Shown here: one piece after another, positions 1 through 16,000 of the stretch
How the letters are laid out: each line of letters starts with the position of its first letter
Position numbering within the stretch: the stretch's first letter is position 1
Assembly: GCA_012295275.1 (NCBI GenBank)
Contig: CM022672.1
Coordinates: 25,296,001 to 25,360,000, forward strand
DNA from: Chrysomallon squamiferum
Lineage: Eukaryota > Animalia > Mollusca
Length of the DNA: 64,000 nucleotides
Direction of reading: 5' to 3'
Translations under genes and position numbers: made by a program
Notes under the pieces: model-generated
What the model was told of the DNA's origin: nothing
The model's database searches: none
What the model saw: only the letters and a program-made list of their open reading frames with translations

Positions 1-1096
1 GTTTCTGTGATGGCATCGACTTTCTATCAGGATGTGACCAAGATGCTCAGAGTGTGAAACTTAAACTTTTCACATCTCTCAGTTTATGGCTGAGCTTTCA
101 AAAGTAATTAAATATAGAAAGCTATAAACATGTCAACAAATAGTTAGTTTGACACTTCAATACATGATGGTGAAAACAAAACAAAAAATATGTTTTAAAT
201 AGCAAAAGTACAGATTTAAATGCTTTGGAAAAGTTATAGACTGAATTTCATTGCAGTTAGAAATCTGGGTTGGTAGATAATGAAACCATCAAAAAGGCAG
301 AAAAATTTAAATAGGAATGAATAAATAATTACCCAAATATATTCCATAATTTTTATTTTTATTTTTTTTTCTGCTATAGTTAAAAAAAATATATTAATAG
401 TAAAAAAAAAAAAATAATAATAAATAAATTAAAAAAAGAAAAAATCTGATGAAGAAATAAACCTGACACTGGCCATAAAAAAAAAAAAAAGAGATTTAAA
501 TACCATTTGAAATTTTTTATTATAATTATAATCTTCTCAGCTATAAACATATTCTCAAATCTCTGAAGTGGTGTTGCAAACACAGTACTTCACAAGTACT
601 CAAGAATACCTAGTCAAAATAAATCATTTTCTAAAGCATATCGCTTCATACACTATGTTTGGTTTTTATCTTCAGTATATTTTATGGGTTAAAATGAGTT
701 GTTATCAGAAATATCTCAATGGAGATAAGTTTTTAAATATTTTTTCATCAAAATATGTTCTATAGTACGTGAGAATTTACAGTTGAGATAATAACTTCAA
801 AAATAAAAACACAACTAACTCACATGATTCTGACACCATTTTTCTGCAGTTAGCAGACATATTAATGAAAATAAAACTGCATCTTTGATTCTTGTTTTCA
901 GATTTTGACACAAATTATTAACAACAGATGCTGCATGCTTGCTACAATCACAGACCACATGGAATGAGAGAAAAATCAACTGATTAAGCTAGAAGAATGA
1001 ATGGACAGGAATACAATGAAATAATTTCCAAAATCATTAAGAAAACATGTTATATTTATATAAATATATTCTGTATATCCTATCAACCTACCTATC

Positions 1097-1180
<84 letters not shown>

Positions 1181-2916
1181 ACAAACACAGACATACCAAA
1201 ATTCTTCAGGAAACATCTCAAGACCGAAAAAAAGGGTACAAAACAAATTAATGATAATTAATTTCATCTGACTTTAAGTAATCTGCAAGATAGACATTAA
1301 TCACACCAACAATTATCTAATAACTGCTAGGGGAATGTTAATCTATTTCACTGATACTCAACCTTTCATACAAACATTAAGTAACAAGATAATCAGTGTA
1401 GTTTCGTTCCCTCTTTTGTAAGTGCAAATATCTGGCAGACTTGAACACATTTACAGCAAGTTGTAACTTAATGAATTTTCCGTATCTTTTGTGGTACAAA
1501 CAAGTACAAAAAGGATAATGAATAGTAGACTCAGTAGGTTTATATGCTTTCTTTTTTTCTTCTCCTTCAAGTATTTCAGTGTAGTAAAATATAAATACAA
1601 TATATGCTAGTAAAAGAAGGGTGGAAAAGGGAATAAGTAATATACCAAAAATTACAGGATAAAAATATACTTGAACAAAATAAAAGAAACAAAACAAAAT
1701 AAATAAATAAATAAATACTATTTTATTATTATTGAGTATAATATAGAAAAATGTCAATAAAATATCCCATGAGTCATTTAAAAGAAGAAAAAAATGGAAA
1801 GAAAAAAGGAATGTACCAAATTATCCAGCTAAAATATACTGAACTAAAAAAAGAGAAAAGAACTAAATAAAATAAAGTAAAATAAAATAAATGAAAAAAA
1901 GTATATATTAATACAAATTCATTCAGTATAGTTAGTAGAATAGGAGCAAAATATTTGATGAAAAACTTATTTAGTAGAATTGATAAAAATTAAAAATTAA
2001 AAAAAACCCACACAAACAAACAAACAAAAACAATGCATCAAAATGGAGAATATAGTATCTAACAAAATAGACATACATCACTAGTGTGAAATATTTCCTA
2101 AGTACTAAGCAATGACCATTAAGCCAGCAATTTGTCTTGGCAAAGTAACAGTAAATCGGACGTGTGAAGCGCCAGAGTGATCAACCATATTTTGTTTGTG
2201 TCAGTAAAAACAACACCGGTGCCTGTTATCACTGAGATAATCAGAGTCCACAGTGTCTGAGTCAACAAACAGTGGAGAAAATTATGTTTGGGTATTCAAA
2301 ACTGGTGTTTTTCCTTTCAAACTGGACTGAGTGATTTCTGTAATATTTCAATTCATTATTAAAAACAAGAAGAAGAAGAAATTAAACAAAAAAAGAAAAA
2401 AAAGAAAAGAAAAAAAAGCCCAAATATTTCTGCCTGTAACTGACAAAAGAGGTCACAATTCTGTTAAGAAGAATGCAAAAGAACAGGAATTAATGTGTTT
2501 GAAAAGAAAAAGAACAATTTGTTTTTAGTGTAATTTTTTTGTTTTTCTTTCTTTCTTTGACAGAAGATGTTGGCTGAACACGTGAACTCCAAAGTTTTAA
2601 GAAAGAAAAAATATAATGGTTTCATTTTACAAATTTTTACATGTATTTTATAAAGACATTGGTCCAGTTATTTTGAGATTATAACATGCAAGCACATACA
2701 TACATTTTTATTTTAGTTAGCTTTATCCTTTAAGCTTTTCGAACTGGTTTGGTTTCATTTATTTCTAGGAGTTGTTTTTATTTACTTTTAGCATTAAAAA
2801 TTATAATAATGAAAACAATAATACAAAATAGATAATAATAAGAAGAAATAAAGAAAGAAAAAAGAAAGAAAGAAAATAAAATAATGAAATAAAATGCACT
2901 AAAATGCACTAAATGA

Positions 2917-2956
<40 letters not shown>

Positions 2957-3759
2957 AAACTCTTTCAACCAAGTACTGTTGTGTTCCAATATTATTTATA
3001 TCCACAGAACTGCACAAATAAAAATATTGTCAGTACAAACAAATTCTGAATTCAGATGAAAGATTGCAGATCAGTTTGGCTAATTACATTTACATATCAG
3101 AATCAGACATAACAGGTTCTCAACTTTCTTCGGAAACAATAAATCTTCTGTTCAAGGAATTCAATATTTTGATCTAATTTGGAGGCTTTACCAATTCTGA
3201 AGACGGACAGAATGAAGCTGGAATTGGTTAAATCCTTTTGCTTGTTAGACTTAATTTCCTTTCCTGACTTGCTTGGTTTTATTTATTTTAAGAACTTGCT
3301 AGATTTAATTTACTTTAGGACTTTTTGGACTTTATTTACTTTTAACATGTGCTTGGTTTTTACTTATTTGAGGACCTTTTTGGTTTTATTTGCTTTCAGA
3401 AGTATTTGGGCCATTTTTTTTTTTTTTTTTACTGTTAGGACCTGCCTGGTTATATTTATTTCCAGGATTTGTTTGGTTATAATTACCTTTACATCATGTT
3501 AATTTTTATTTATGTAAAGAATTCATTAGGTGTTATTGATTTTCAGGATTTTTTATATTTACTCTGTGGAATAATTTTGTTTTTATTTACTTTTAGGACT
3601 TGTTTGATTTGATGTGTTTTTAGGACTAGTTTTTTTTAGCCAGGTCTGTGATCAGCTAATATGGATTAGAACGAACTAATTAGACAACATTATAATTATT
3701 ATATAAAAGTTAGTAGTCTATTGAAGTAGTGATGATAAAGAAATGTAACAAAAACTTAC

Positions 3760-3823
3760 CAGTGAAGTCCCAAATCAGAACATCTTCAACTGATTCATGC
3801 ACAAAGTACAAGTTTCCCAAGGC
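3760..3823 (-). CDS. INPP5A: INPP5A coding exon 5 (ALGNLYFVHESVEDVLIWDFT); gene probably continues beyond position 1
   Basis: Matches ALGSFYFLHESLKNIYQFDFK; 64 nt, ttcttcag acceptor, CTG|GTAAGT donor. I could not find exon 6 in 1-3759. Confidence 0.92.
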
Positions 3824-3844
3824 CTGAAGAAAAAAAAAATAATA

Positions 3845-3899
<55 letters not shown>

Positions 3900-3930
3900 T
3901 AAAGTAATAATAACAATAATAACAAAAATG

Positions 3931-3961
<31 letters not shown>

Positions 3962-4811
3962 CAAAATAGTAACAATAACAATAATAAATAAATAAATAAA
4001 TAAATGAGAATAACATTATATTAGAACAAATACAATGAATGAACACTAAAATAGTGTGTATGTAGCAACTCCCACAATGGGTGGTTTTGCTCCTGGGGTG
4101 ATGGAAACATCTTATGGAACAATAAATGCAATATAGGTGACTGAGTGGCTATTGGCAGCAAAATGGTATTTGTAGGATTACAGGACTAAATTTAAAAAAC
4201 CAATATGTATTAAAAGAGAGACAGAGATAAAAACATCATAAACTTTAAAGAAAAAAATGAAAAAGAAAATTAATATAATACTATTAATAGGCTGCATTAT
4301 ACAATATACCTATATCAAGTTAATTTTACAATAAATTCTTAAAATATATTTTGCAAATTAATATAGAAGACTTAGACAAGCCAGATTATTTATTATTTTG
4401 TCATATGAACACAAGTAATAAAAACAAGTTTCTAAAAACTGGTATCAATTGTATTTTTTGTAAATGCTGATAAAAAATTTAATTTTGTGTTATATTTATG
4501 AAACAGCTTTCTCCATTTTTCATTCTTTTTTCTTCTTAAAATAAAAAAATAAAAAATGGTAAGAATGAAAAGACTGGATATTAAAAATAACCAGCTATAC
4601 AAGAATTTGAATGATTCATGACATCTCAAGTCACACTTCAATTAGATCCAGTTAGAACGTGTCCTGCATTGTAATTGCATCATATTAAATAAAACTCTAT
4701 AGCTACAAGGAAAATTAAAAAATACTGCAGCTGAAGAAATCAGATATTCTCATATAAGACATGCTTTATAAAATGGTTTTTACAAGTTGTATGTGTATGT
4801 GGTGTTTGTGT

Positions 4812-4851
<40 letters not shown>

Positions 4852-7800
4852 TGCGTGCAGTGGGCCTAAGTAACTGGGCAATGTATGATTGCAAAAAATA
4901 TATCCATATTAATTTATTATTTTTATTAAATAATTAGAAAAGGTTTACAAGTTATTTTATGCATCCAGTATATTTACAAGAATTACACAAAATGCATTAA
5001 TTTTGATGCATTTTTCAGCTCATTATTGACAGAATAGCATTTTGAGGAAATTTACAATTATACACCTATCTATATATTAACTAAGGAAACATATGGGATA
5101 TCAGGTACTTTCTGTTAGATGTGTGTTAAAAACATCTGAAGCTTCATTTTTATGCTAGACACCTGTTATCTATTTTCAACATTTAAGCCTAAAAATAAAA
5201 CTATAAATTAAAAGGGAAGGAAAATTAAATCCACATTTTTTTTATTACATGTATGAGAAAACAGAAAAGTTTATTAGCTGTAACAAAGTTTTTGTCTTCA
5301 TGTTTTTCCACATAATTAATATTTACTTGTGATAAAACATTCACAGAAAAAAAAAAAAAACCCACTCAAAAAGGAACAAAACAACCCAAATAAAAAATAA
5401 TAATGGTAATAAAAAATAATTAAATAATTAAAATTAAAATTTATATATATATATAAAAACAATAATAATAATAAATAAAAAGTAAAAAGAAAATATGTGA
5501 CAACAAAACAACAAGAAGAATGACAATAACTGACAAACATATTTTAGCTGGATTCAACTAAGAAATCCAACTGTATAACCATACACAGCAATAACTTTTA
5601 AAACTGTCATCATTTATATTTCTTATTTATTATTGTTGTTACTTTTCTTGTTATATAGGTAGATGACATACATCAACTTGCAGTAAAAAAAAAAGCTGAA
5701 ATGTTCATAAAACAACAGAAAACCTAGGATTAACTGAACTGGCTTGATTCCAGAATCTGCAAAATTCTTCCATGCTTTTCAAAGTGTTTTTTTTTTTTTT
5801 TTTTTTCTCTCTGCATAAAAATATTAACAATGTTATGGGATGGACAGAAGGTACATAAGGAACACTAATTATAGAAGAAAGCAGATTAATTTGGCAGAAA
5901 AAGAGCCCAACTGTTGTTGCCAGTGAAATGGAAATGACATGTGGTACTATGACAATTATTATGAGATTAATGAGATGAGTTATTCTGTTTAAAGACACAT
6001 GTTACACCACTGTCTGACAGTCTGTGAACATCTACACAATTAGGGGTGATACAGGTCAAATCTGTTTTCACACAGTGATAACAAAAATATAAATTATATT
6101 ATAGAAATAATAATAATAAAATTTAAAATTAAAAAAAAAAAATAGGAGAAGAACTGATTAATTTTGTCTGCAGTAGTTAATGAATGTTTTGAATAGTGAT
6201 TCTGAATTATTCTGTATTATTATTATTATTTTGTGTTAACAAATAAATAAATAAATAAATTATTAAACCAGACAAATTAAAAAGAAACTAGAAACAAATC
6301 TAAAAAACCACTAGGAACAGCTTTAAGGAAAGCATTACATGCAAAGATGTATTGTGATGGTTTTGTACTGGATTTACACAAGAAGAATATTGATAAAGAA
6401 AATTGTCATTTTTTTTTTTTAAAATCCAACTATATTTAGTTTTCATTTTATTTCTCACAGATTTTTAATTTTCAAAATATTTAAGTTTTTTTTATAAATG
6501 TTTTCAATTTATTATTATTATTAGATTAATTTAAAGGAATGATAATGTATTACTATTACACACTGATTGACTGAAATGGTGAAAAATGTTAGCTTCCCCA
6601 TATGTACAGATATATATATATATATCTATATATGTATATGTAAATTAAAATGTTTAATAGGACACACACATATACTGATATCAAGCAAATACTTTCTTTG
6701 CCAGTATATTGTAAGCTTGTAGAAAATAGTAAACAAATACGTCTTTAAAATAAAAGCCAAACTAACTTATATCATTCAAATGCCAGTTATCTGCAATTAC
6801 ACACACACATACATGAATATGCTTACACACACACACACACTTCATGACAAAACAAAAACGAAACTTGTTTTTTCATGTCAGGCGGTCCAAAATTGACCAT
6901 CCAAAGCACAACACATTTAGCAAACCAAATTATAATAAAATAAAAATTGGCCAAATTAATTTCATGCTTGTCAAGCACAGAGGCTTAATAAACAATGATC
7001 AATAAAATGTTAATTAATATTGAAGACAAAATCTTGAGAAGTAAACATTTTTCAAAGTCATCAGTACCAATAGCTAAGTACTGAAATGTTGAATTATTTA
7101 CCATTTGTATTACCTTTTTACACACACAAACTGAAACACACTTACTTACATACATACAGATATACATATTAAATAACAAATTGTTTATCAAGATACCATG
7201 ATGAGAATTTCAGTCGACATTTAAATTGCCAGAAATGAATTTTCTAGGACACATACAGTTATATTTTTTATTTCTTTTATACTGATATCATATTATGCCA
7301 TTATGCACGGTATATATATATTTGTTTCTATTTATTTATTTATGATTATTACTACTACTACAATTTTTTTGGAGGGAGGAGTTGTGCCATTATGAATGAT
7401 AAAGCCTGAATTATATCATTTTCTTGATGGGGGGTTAGAAGTAAAAAATAAGAAGAAGAAAAAGAGAAGAGAGAGAGAGAAAGATAATCTGATTTGGAAA
7501 GGAAATTTCATATTGTAGAAAAAAAGAAGAAAAAAAAAAAAGTAAATTATGTGCATGGAGAATCTAACAAAACGACAATGAAATATAAACACAAGAAAGA
7601 AAGAAAAATAAATGAACTACCCTAAATATACACACACTGTTTCAGATAATCCTGCTTTTTCATTCCTGACTTACTATATCAAATTTAGAAATTTAATAAA
7701 TCTGTGAAAACAACAAAAAAACAACACTTTTTTTCCTCCATTCCAATTTTTCTTCACAGATATGTATTCAAAAACTGATTAAGCTAGGAAACACCCAAGA

Positions 7801-8375
7801 GGATTTAATATTTGCAATAATAAAATGTAATTATTATCTGTCTGTCTGTCTCTCTGTCAGTTAGGGATATTTGAAGTATCTTGTTAAAACAATAACTGTT
7901 ATAATGATTAATAAACTGGACGTGATTTAAAATAAATAAGAAAATAAATAAATAACCAAAAAGACAAATTTCAATTTTTTTTAAAATTAAAAAAAAATTA
8001 AAAGATAAAATAAATAAATAAATAAATAACATAAAAAAAGACAAAAATAAGAACAAAATCAGTCTGTTTCAGCAGTCTGTTTAGTATTTGTTATTTGTTT
8101 CCCTGAAACTGTTACATCTTGATCTTCACAATCACACACACACACAATATAAAAATAAATAAAAATAAATAAAAATAAATAAAAATAAATAAATGGCTAA
8201 AACAATAATAACAGCAACAAGGAGCAAGACAAAATTAAGAAAAACACTAAAAGCAACTCAAACGGACAGCCAGCACTTAGTATTTGTTTCAGTTAATTAT
8301 TTCACATGGCAAGTGATGACTTATCAGATCTGTTCAGGTATTTAAAATACATGTTACTGTCATCAATCAGCTCAC

Positions 8376-8463
8376 CGTGAACTTGTCAGCAGCAGTATAA
8401 TCCTCGTCTAAAAACACCCTCGCTCTGTCGTATTTCTTCAGCGTTTCACATGCCAGGAGGTTT
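8376..8463 (-). CDS. INPP5A: INPP5A coding exon 4 (NLLACETLKKYDRARVFLDEDYTAADKFT)
   Basis: Matches YNRARVYLDENY...FT; 88 nt, tgttgtag acceptor, ACG|GTGAG donor; phase fits exon 3. Confidence 0.93.
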
Positions 8464-8619
8464 CTACAACAGAGAAGAAAACCACTCATTAATATTTTTA
8501 CAATATATGTGAAAGACAGATGTGTTTTCATTTTTATTTATTTATTTTAATCTTTAATTATATGGCAAAAATTCATTACAATAAGGAAAAAGGAAACAAG
8601 AAATTGTATTGTCCCTGGA

Positions 8620-8690
8620 TTGTCTGTTCTTTTCCCAGTTAGCAGTAAGGGTTCTTTTATATGCACCTTTCCATAGACAGGAAAGTACTG
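8620..8690. mobile_element. Possible SINE core fragment
   Basis: agcagtaagggttcttttatatgcacctttccatagacagga resembles a gastropod SINE central domain as I remember it; not verified. Confidence 0.3.
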
Positions 8691-9049
8691 GGTTGAAAAA
8701 AAAATACATGGTGTCTTTTAAGTGAAATTCATAGTAATTATTTAGTTACTTGTACACATATTTATTCAACAACCTATCTGCCAATTCAGAATATGTATAT
8801 AAATAACAGATACATATTTCAGGTCTCAGCTCTATATACTGGGACATAGCCTGGTCCATATTTATCAGATTTATCCCTTACATTTTTTATTACAAAAGAT
8901 AATGCTAACAATAATCAATTAATATTTATTTACTTAAATTAACAAATGAACACATTACAGATTTCAACAGGAATAATTATCAGAGTGTTACATTTTTTTT
9001 TTTTATTTTTAGTTTTATTGTTAATTTCCAGTCAGAAAATCTATTTAAT

Positions 9050-10030
9050 TTTATTTACTTTTAGGATTTTTATTTATTTATTTATTTATTTTATTTGTTT
9101 TTTTTTTTTTTTTCAGAACTTTTCAGATTTTATTTACTGTTAGAACTTATTTTTTTTTTTTTCAGAATTGGTTTCATTTTATCTGTTTTCACTACTATGA
9201 TTAGGTTTTATTTACTTTCAGGACTGGTTTGGTTTTATTTATTTTTTTTTATTTTTTTTTGCTTTTAAGTCTTGTCAGATTATATTTGCTTTTAGAACTG
9301 GTATGTTTTTAAATGCTTTCAGTACTGTTTGCTTTTACTTTCATTGAACAGATCTGTACTCAGTTAAAATGGATTAGAATGAATTAATTATACAAAAGCC
9401 AGTGTCATTCTGCAAAGGATTAGTGCTAATACTGCTCCAAAGAGCTGCTTGTCAATTAACAATAAATGACATTTTTTATGCACTGATCTAAAAACCCTTT
9501 CAGCAAGAAGTACTGTCCAGAATGGGAGATAGTTTAATGATTATTTGTCAATCAGTAAATCTACTTAATTTTATTAACTTTTAGGATTTTATTTTATTTT
9601 ATTGTATTTAATTTTCACTTTCAGGACTTTTTTTACTATTAGAACTTATTTTCTTTCAGAACTGGTTTTGTTTTATCTGCTTTCACTATGATTTGGTTTC
9701 TATTTGTTTTAAGACTGGTTTGATTTTATTTATTTTTAGATCTTAGAAGACTTTGTTTGCTTTTAAGTCTTGTTAAATTTTATTTGCTTTTAAGTCTTGC
9801 TATATTTTATTTTATTTTAAGTCTTATTAGATTTTATTTGCTTTTAGGATTGTTTGCTTTTAACTTGACTGAATACTTCTGTACTCAATTATGCTGGATT
9901 AGAATGAATTAATTAGACTATATTAAAATTATTATACAAAAGCCAATGTCATTCAGCAAAGGAATAATACTACCACTGTTTCAAAGAGCTACCTGTCAAT
10001 TAGCAACAAATTACATTTTATATGCACCTT
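9050..10030. repeat. Degenerate ~23-bp T-rich tandem repeat plus unique tail, locally duplicated (about 9050-9490 and 9570-10030); related copy at about 3230-3710
   Basis: Recurring ttttatttacttttaggact-like units followed by a shared ggattagaatgaattaatta...tacaaaag tail. Confidence 0.6.
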
Positions 10031-13000
10031 CCCACTACGGAAAAAACTACAACAACTTCCAATTGATACACTGGCCCTATAAGAGTACACAGAAGAGGAA
10101 TGATTCTCTGAAGACATTTCTGTACATGGAACAAACAGATCAGTAAAATATTTATAAAATAGGTTTTAGGAATAACATTCTTGTATTTAAATTCACCCTG
10201 TCATTCAGTGGTTGGTAACATTAAGTGCAGAAACAAACATCTATCAGTAAGTAAGGATGTTCAGAAAAAAGAAGATGTCACATGAAATAAACATGATCAA
10301 AAAAGGTTATTATTCATAAAATATTTGCTATTACATGTATACATACAAACTGTAAGATGGAAACTTACTGCAGTACACTGACACATACATAAACACACTG
10401 TGTGTGTGTGTGGGGCCATGTATGTGCATGTGTGTGTATGTTATATAAGGTACATAATGATGACGTGTTTACTACTGATTTAATTATCAATATGGAATAC
10501 AATATATCATGTTTTGTCTGGTCTGATTTTGATGTACGCAAATAGCCCAGTGAAGAAGCTATTGTGATCTATCCTGTAGCAGTTCCCGTACCACTAATAA
10601 CCATCAGATGCTGATTAACTTTCATAATGCTATTTCTGGAAGCAGGCTATCAAGTTTACAGTTCACTTCATTTTTACCTGTACTGAGTTAAAATCAGTGT
10701 TCGTTTTGCTCTGTTTGTAAAATAACAATGTTAAACCTGAACGAATCATGGAATAAATTATTACTTTTGTAGAAATATTTTTAATTCAGTGGGTTATTGT
10801 TATTAGTTATCAGATATATTTTATTTAATTATTTGTTTATTATTATTATTTAATATGTTGTTGTTGTTGTTTTTTAATAAATATTATTCCTTACAATTAT
10901 TAAATCTATTATTTGTTTGTTTATTTATTTACTGTTGTTCTTACAACTACTATGACTGTGACTGTAACTCTACTACTACCACCACTTTCACAACTATTAC
11001 CATTATTATTATTGTTACTACTACTGTTATCACTTTGTTGTTGTTGTTATTATTATTTTTGTCAATGATTTATTTATTTATTTATTGTTTAAAATAAACT
11101 TTTAACAAAGTTAAAACTGATTTGAAGTTACCAGTTTCATATGTATATAAACTGAAGCCATTCTTTATGACACCAGTCTCTGAATAATGAACTACAAAGC
11201 TTATCAGATTAAACTCTACAAACAGGACATTAACAATTAATATACTTTTATTTAATTAGCTTGCTAACCTTAACAGTTAATCATGAAGTTGTTAATTTGC
11301 TTGTTAACATGCTTTCTGACAAACTAATTTCAATCTGTTATGAAACTGTATGAAAGTAATACTTCACAAAAAAATTATTCTGTTTAATTGTACTTTAACA
11401 ATGACACCTACAAAACCTATAATAGGAAATGTATAGAAATACATATGAAATGAAATGACATGAAATGAATAAATAAATAAATAAATAAATAAATAAATAT
11501 ATATATAAATGTGTGTGTATATGTATATATATAAAAACACACACACATATATTTTTTCTTGTTCGTCATATTAGTAATTAATATATTTCATCCATATTAA
11601 ACATTATTAAATTAAGATGACCAATAAACAAACTGAACATTTTTTTTTAATTATAAGCAGTAATTAATTATTAAAATTAATTTAATTATTTTTATTATTA
11701 TTACTTTTTTATGAATATGCTATATAAATATTCAGTAATTCAGGGCTTTATCACACACATCTTTTCTTTGTTTAGGTGGGTGGGTTTTTTTTAAAATAAA
11801 TATTTTGAACATGCAAACACTTGATACACATGTATATCAGGAACTAGTTATATGAATGCATTTTGTTTAGCTTCTTAGAATGAATTTATTCATTTATGTC
11901 TCTTGATTAATTCAGCTGTCATGTATTACCTCAAAAAGAATTACATCACAACCACAATTTCAATACAGATAAATTCACCAGTTTTTAGTATTAAACATGC
12001 TAATCAACAATACACATATAGCTGAACCTGTCTATGACAGCCACTCAAAACAGCAGGCAAAACTAGTTATTTTAGACAGTCAGTACATATATATAACAGA
12101 ATGCATTGTGGGGAAAATAAGTTGAGCTGCATAGACAATTGACTATTATATTGAGGTGTCACAAAAACAGATACATATATGTTATATATGCCTACATATT
12201 GCATACCTATATATGTATATGCATATGTATGTACACGTGTGTATGCATGTATATGTGTATGTATGTATGTATATATGTATATGTGTGTCTATGTGTGGGT
12301 GGGTGTGTCTGTATGCATATATGTGTTTATAATATGTACTAAGATAAACAACTTTATAAGTGATTACATTTATCAAAAGACTTGTAATCTATATACAATC
12401 TATTATTTATCAAAGTGTTTTATCAGCATGCCAAACAATTCTACTTGACATTATTTGAACATAACCAATGAATAAAGGAAATGTTGTAAATATTCTGAAC
12501 AGTTTAATACAAATGCTACTTAATTTCTGTATTCAGTGTTATTGGTTTAAGCACTCAGATTGACAACTCAAACTTAATTTCAAGGATAATCCATCATCTA
12601 GTAAAATTCCTGCTGCTAACAGAGGTGAAATAAGGTGCTGATCATTAAAAGTAATATATCAGAAACCAGAAGTCGACATAAAACTAAACATGATCTGGCC
12701 TCTATCATATCCACAAAATGAACAGCCTTGCATGTGTTTATATTTAGAGTGATTTATTTTACCTCCTGCACGAAAACTTATAATTCATTTGTAAACATAT
12801 GTTCTTTAAAAAAATGTAATAATGTATTTGATAAATATAAAAAAAAAAAAAAAAAAAAAAAAATATTTATTTTACTTGCATGTATATATTTACAATGATT
12901 ATATTTATTTCTGTCATGAAAACTTATAATTTATTTCTAAGCAATTTGGTAAAAAAATAAAAAATAAAAATTAGAACAAAAATAATTTGTTATCATCTTT

Positions 13001-16000
13001 CAAGGTGGAATGGATAATTTATGTTCATTTAAAAAACCAACAAGAAAAAAACAACACTGAACACAATTTCTTTGTATATTCAATGGTTAGGGCATAAGCC
13101 AGAGGAATAATAGTGTCACAAATTTTACATTCTAAATATTACCTCATGAATAATTTGACAAAGTCTATGAAATGAGCTTTCTTATCTATGGACAAGTGTA
13201 CAAAAAACATTTTAAGTGATAATGTAACACAAGTGTAGATTTTTGGCAGCATGCATCATCTCTGAAATAGTTATGTTAATAATTATTTAAAAAAAAAAAA
13301 TAATAATCATAAACTTTAAAAAAAAAATGCACATTACATCATTATGTGATAACTATGAATACTGAAAGGTGTTGAGCCAATAATTAATTCATTCCATCTT
13401 TTATAAAGTCAGAAAAAAAAAAATAAAGAATAAAATAAATGTTAAAACCACATCCATCATGACTCACAAGATACATAAATGCACTTCAGCAAGCATGCAC
13501 AAACATGTTCACTCTTTAAATACCATGTTAATTATCACAAGCAGCTGAAAATAATTATTATTTACTAAATTAAAACATATTTCATTTTGTATTCCAGCAT
13601 GTACATTATTACATGTATTATATCCATACATCAATCCATCCATATATACACACGAAAATACATACATACATTAAAAATATTCATATATCCATCCATTTAC
13701 CCATGCCCACACATACACTGTTCAAATGTTAATATCCAGTTATCCCTGAACTTGAATCTCTATTTTCATCTCCAATGACTCCCAATTCTTTTCCATCCAG
13801 TCAGCAAGATTTTGATAAAGAATTTTGATTTACTGGGTGGAAGATAAGAGAAATTATTAATTCATTATTTTTATCGTCCTGTAAGAAATGCCCACTGCTC
13901 CCAAATGGACGATGCTGCATGCTTTGGCAACCACTGTGTTAATCAGAACAGATGATCAGTTTGATTACAAGAACAATGTTTATGGAAATATTAATGGGTA
14001 AAAATGAAAACTGTACAAACCCTCATCACTGCTATAAAGTAAATATGTTAGAAATGCAAGGTAAGACAATATAATCATCTATAAAGTTTATTATTTATAA
14101 ATTATGTCGCAGGCAATTTTGCTTTAAAGTTAAATTCTAACATGTAAGCACCTCTCAGTATAATTGTGTCTGTGTGTAAAACTGTTATTAAAATTAATTG
14201 TTAAACAATAAAATGAATATATAAACACAAAAATTCATCAATAAAGCTTTCTGCAAAGTGTCATATTTCTGTGAAACAAGTGTGCAGTAATTAAGACTCA
14301 GTGATGTATAATTAAAGATCTTTTAGTCATATCATCATAAAATAAACATATTGCCTTACATGAATATCAAGTATACAGGACTTTTCAATAAAACACATCA
14401 AATAAGTGATTAAAACAAGCTGATTCCATGCTGTGACACAAAGTTTGACACAAGTTGTATGAACTATTTATTTGACTGGTGTCAACTACAGAATGAATCT
14501 AATTAAATCTTTATACTAGTTCATATTTCAGCCATGCATCAAATGGTGACCTTACTGAATACATTGTAACCACCGAACCTGTGTAAGAACCCTATTAAAG
14601 CCACTGTATAGATAAAATAACTGTTAATAACAACAGAATGTCAGCTAGAGAGGGCAGTGTTTGCTTATAATATTTAAAAAAAATATATATACATTATTAA
14701 TTTTGTTTTACAATTTATCTGAGTTACCAAAGCATACTCTTCACAATCATGTACTGCTGTTTGCCTCAAAGTACTAATATTTTGTTAAAACTCATCTTTT
14801 AAAAATTTCTAAGACTGTTTTCTTAAGACAAAATATTGTTGTGCTCTGCTATGCCTGTAACTGCTATAGAAAGCTTATGATATGCACAACTCAGAACTGA
14901 TGCATAATAAAAGCAATTCAATTATTTTTTCCAAAACTGTCCTTTATACTTAAAACTCTGATGCCATGGTCATACTGGGGTTTTACAGCAGATCAGAAGT
15001 GCAATAAAGCATCATACTCAAATCGCAATAAATAACATCTATGTGGCCCAAGTGAAGTCGATGTTTATATTCAGTTTCAGTGTGAATTGTCTGCGTCAGA
15101 ACAGTTACAGCAATAAATAATCAGCCTACCCCACAACAAGCACAATGCTCAGTGATTCATCAGCCACGCCTGTTCAGGACTGCATGTCAACTTCACTTCC
15201 ATTCTGGCAACTGGGGAAAGCACATGTACTCAACGGAGTGTCAGTTTGTAAAATTTTATTGTCATCATCAGAAACATCATAAAAAATAATTAATGTGTCA
15301 TTGTTTACATTTCATATTTTTGCTTCCATGGACACATACATCTTGGAATGCATCCAGTTTATTGCAGACACAGTGTGACACATTTTGTTTTGTATCAAAA
15401 TGGGTTGTTGCTGGGAGATTGAAATCATTTTAATCAAATAGGTTTTATTATTTCAGTATAAGGAAAGTGAATCAAAAGCACCATAGTTGAAAACAAAGCA
15501 TAACATTATCAAATTTTTTTTTTTTTTTTAAATATCACTAATATTTAATTTATATGTTTTTGATGTATAGAATTGTGAGAATTGTCATAATTAATGTTCT
15601 GTAATATTTTTATATTTAAAGTTAATGATTATAAATGCTTCAGCATCATTAAAAATATTAAGAAAAAAAGAAGTAGACAGTCCCAGCCATAGCAGAAAGC
15701 CTTAAAAAATTCAGTGTTATACACTGGGTAGAGTGTAAGGCTTTCTGCTGTATATTATAGTTAATGAAAAAAAAAACCCCAAAACGACATGAAAATGCAT
15801 AAAAATAATTCATTATGATTACCCTCTACTGCTGAAAACAGGAAACCTGATGTGAAAATTGTCTTCAATGGGCTGCCCCTCTGACCAAACAGGAGGCAGT
15901 TCTGATGGAGCTGTAACAATCTCCCATCATGTAATTACAATATGTCTCAGTGGAAAAACAGGACGTTGCTCCAAGCCATACAACACAAGTGATGTGATCA

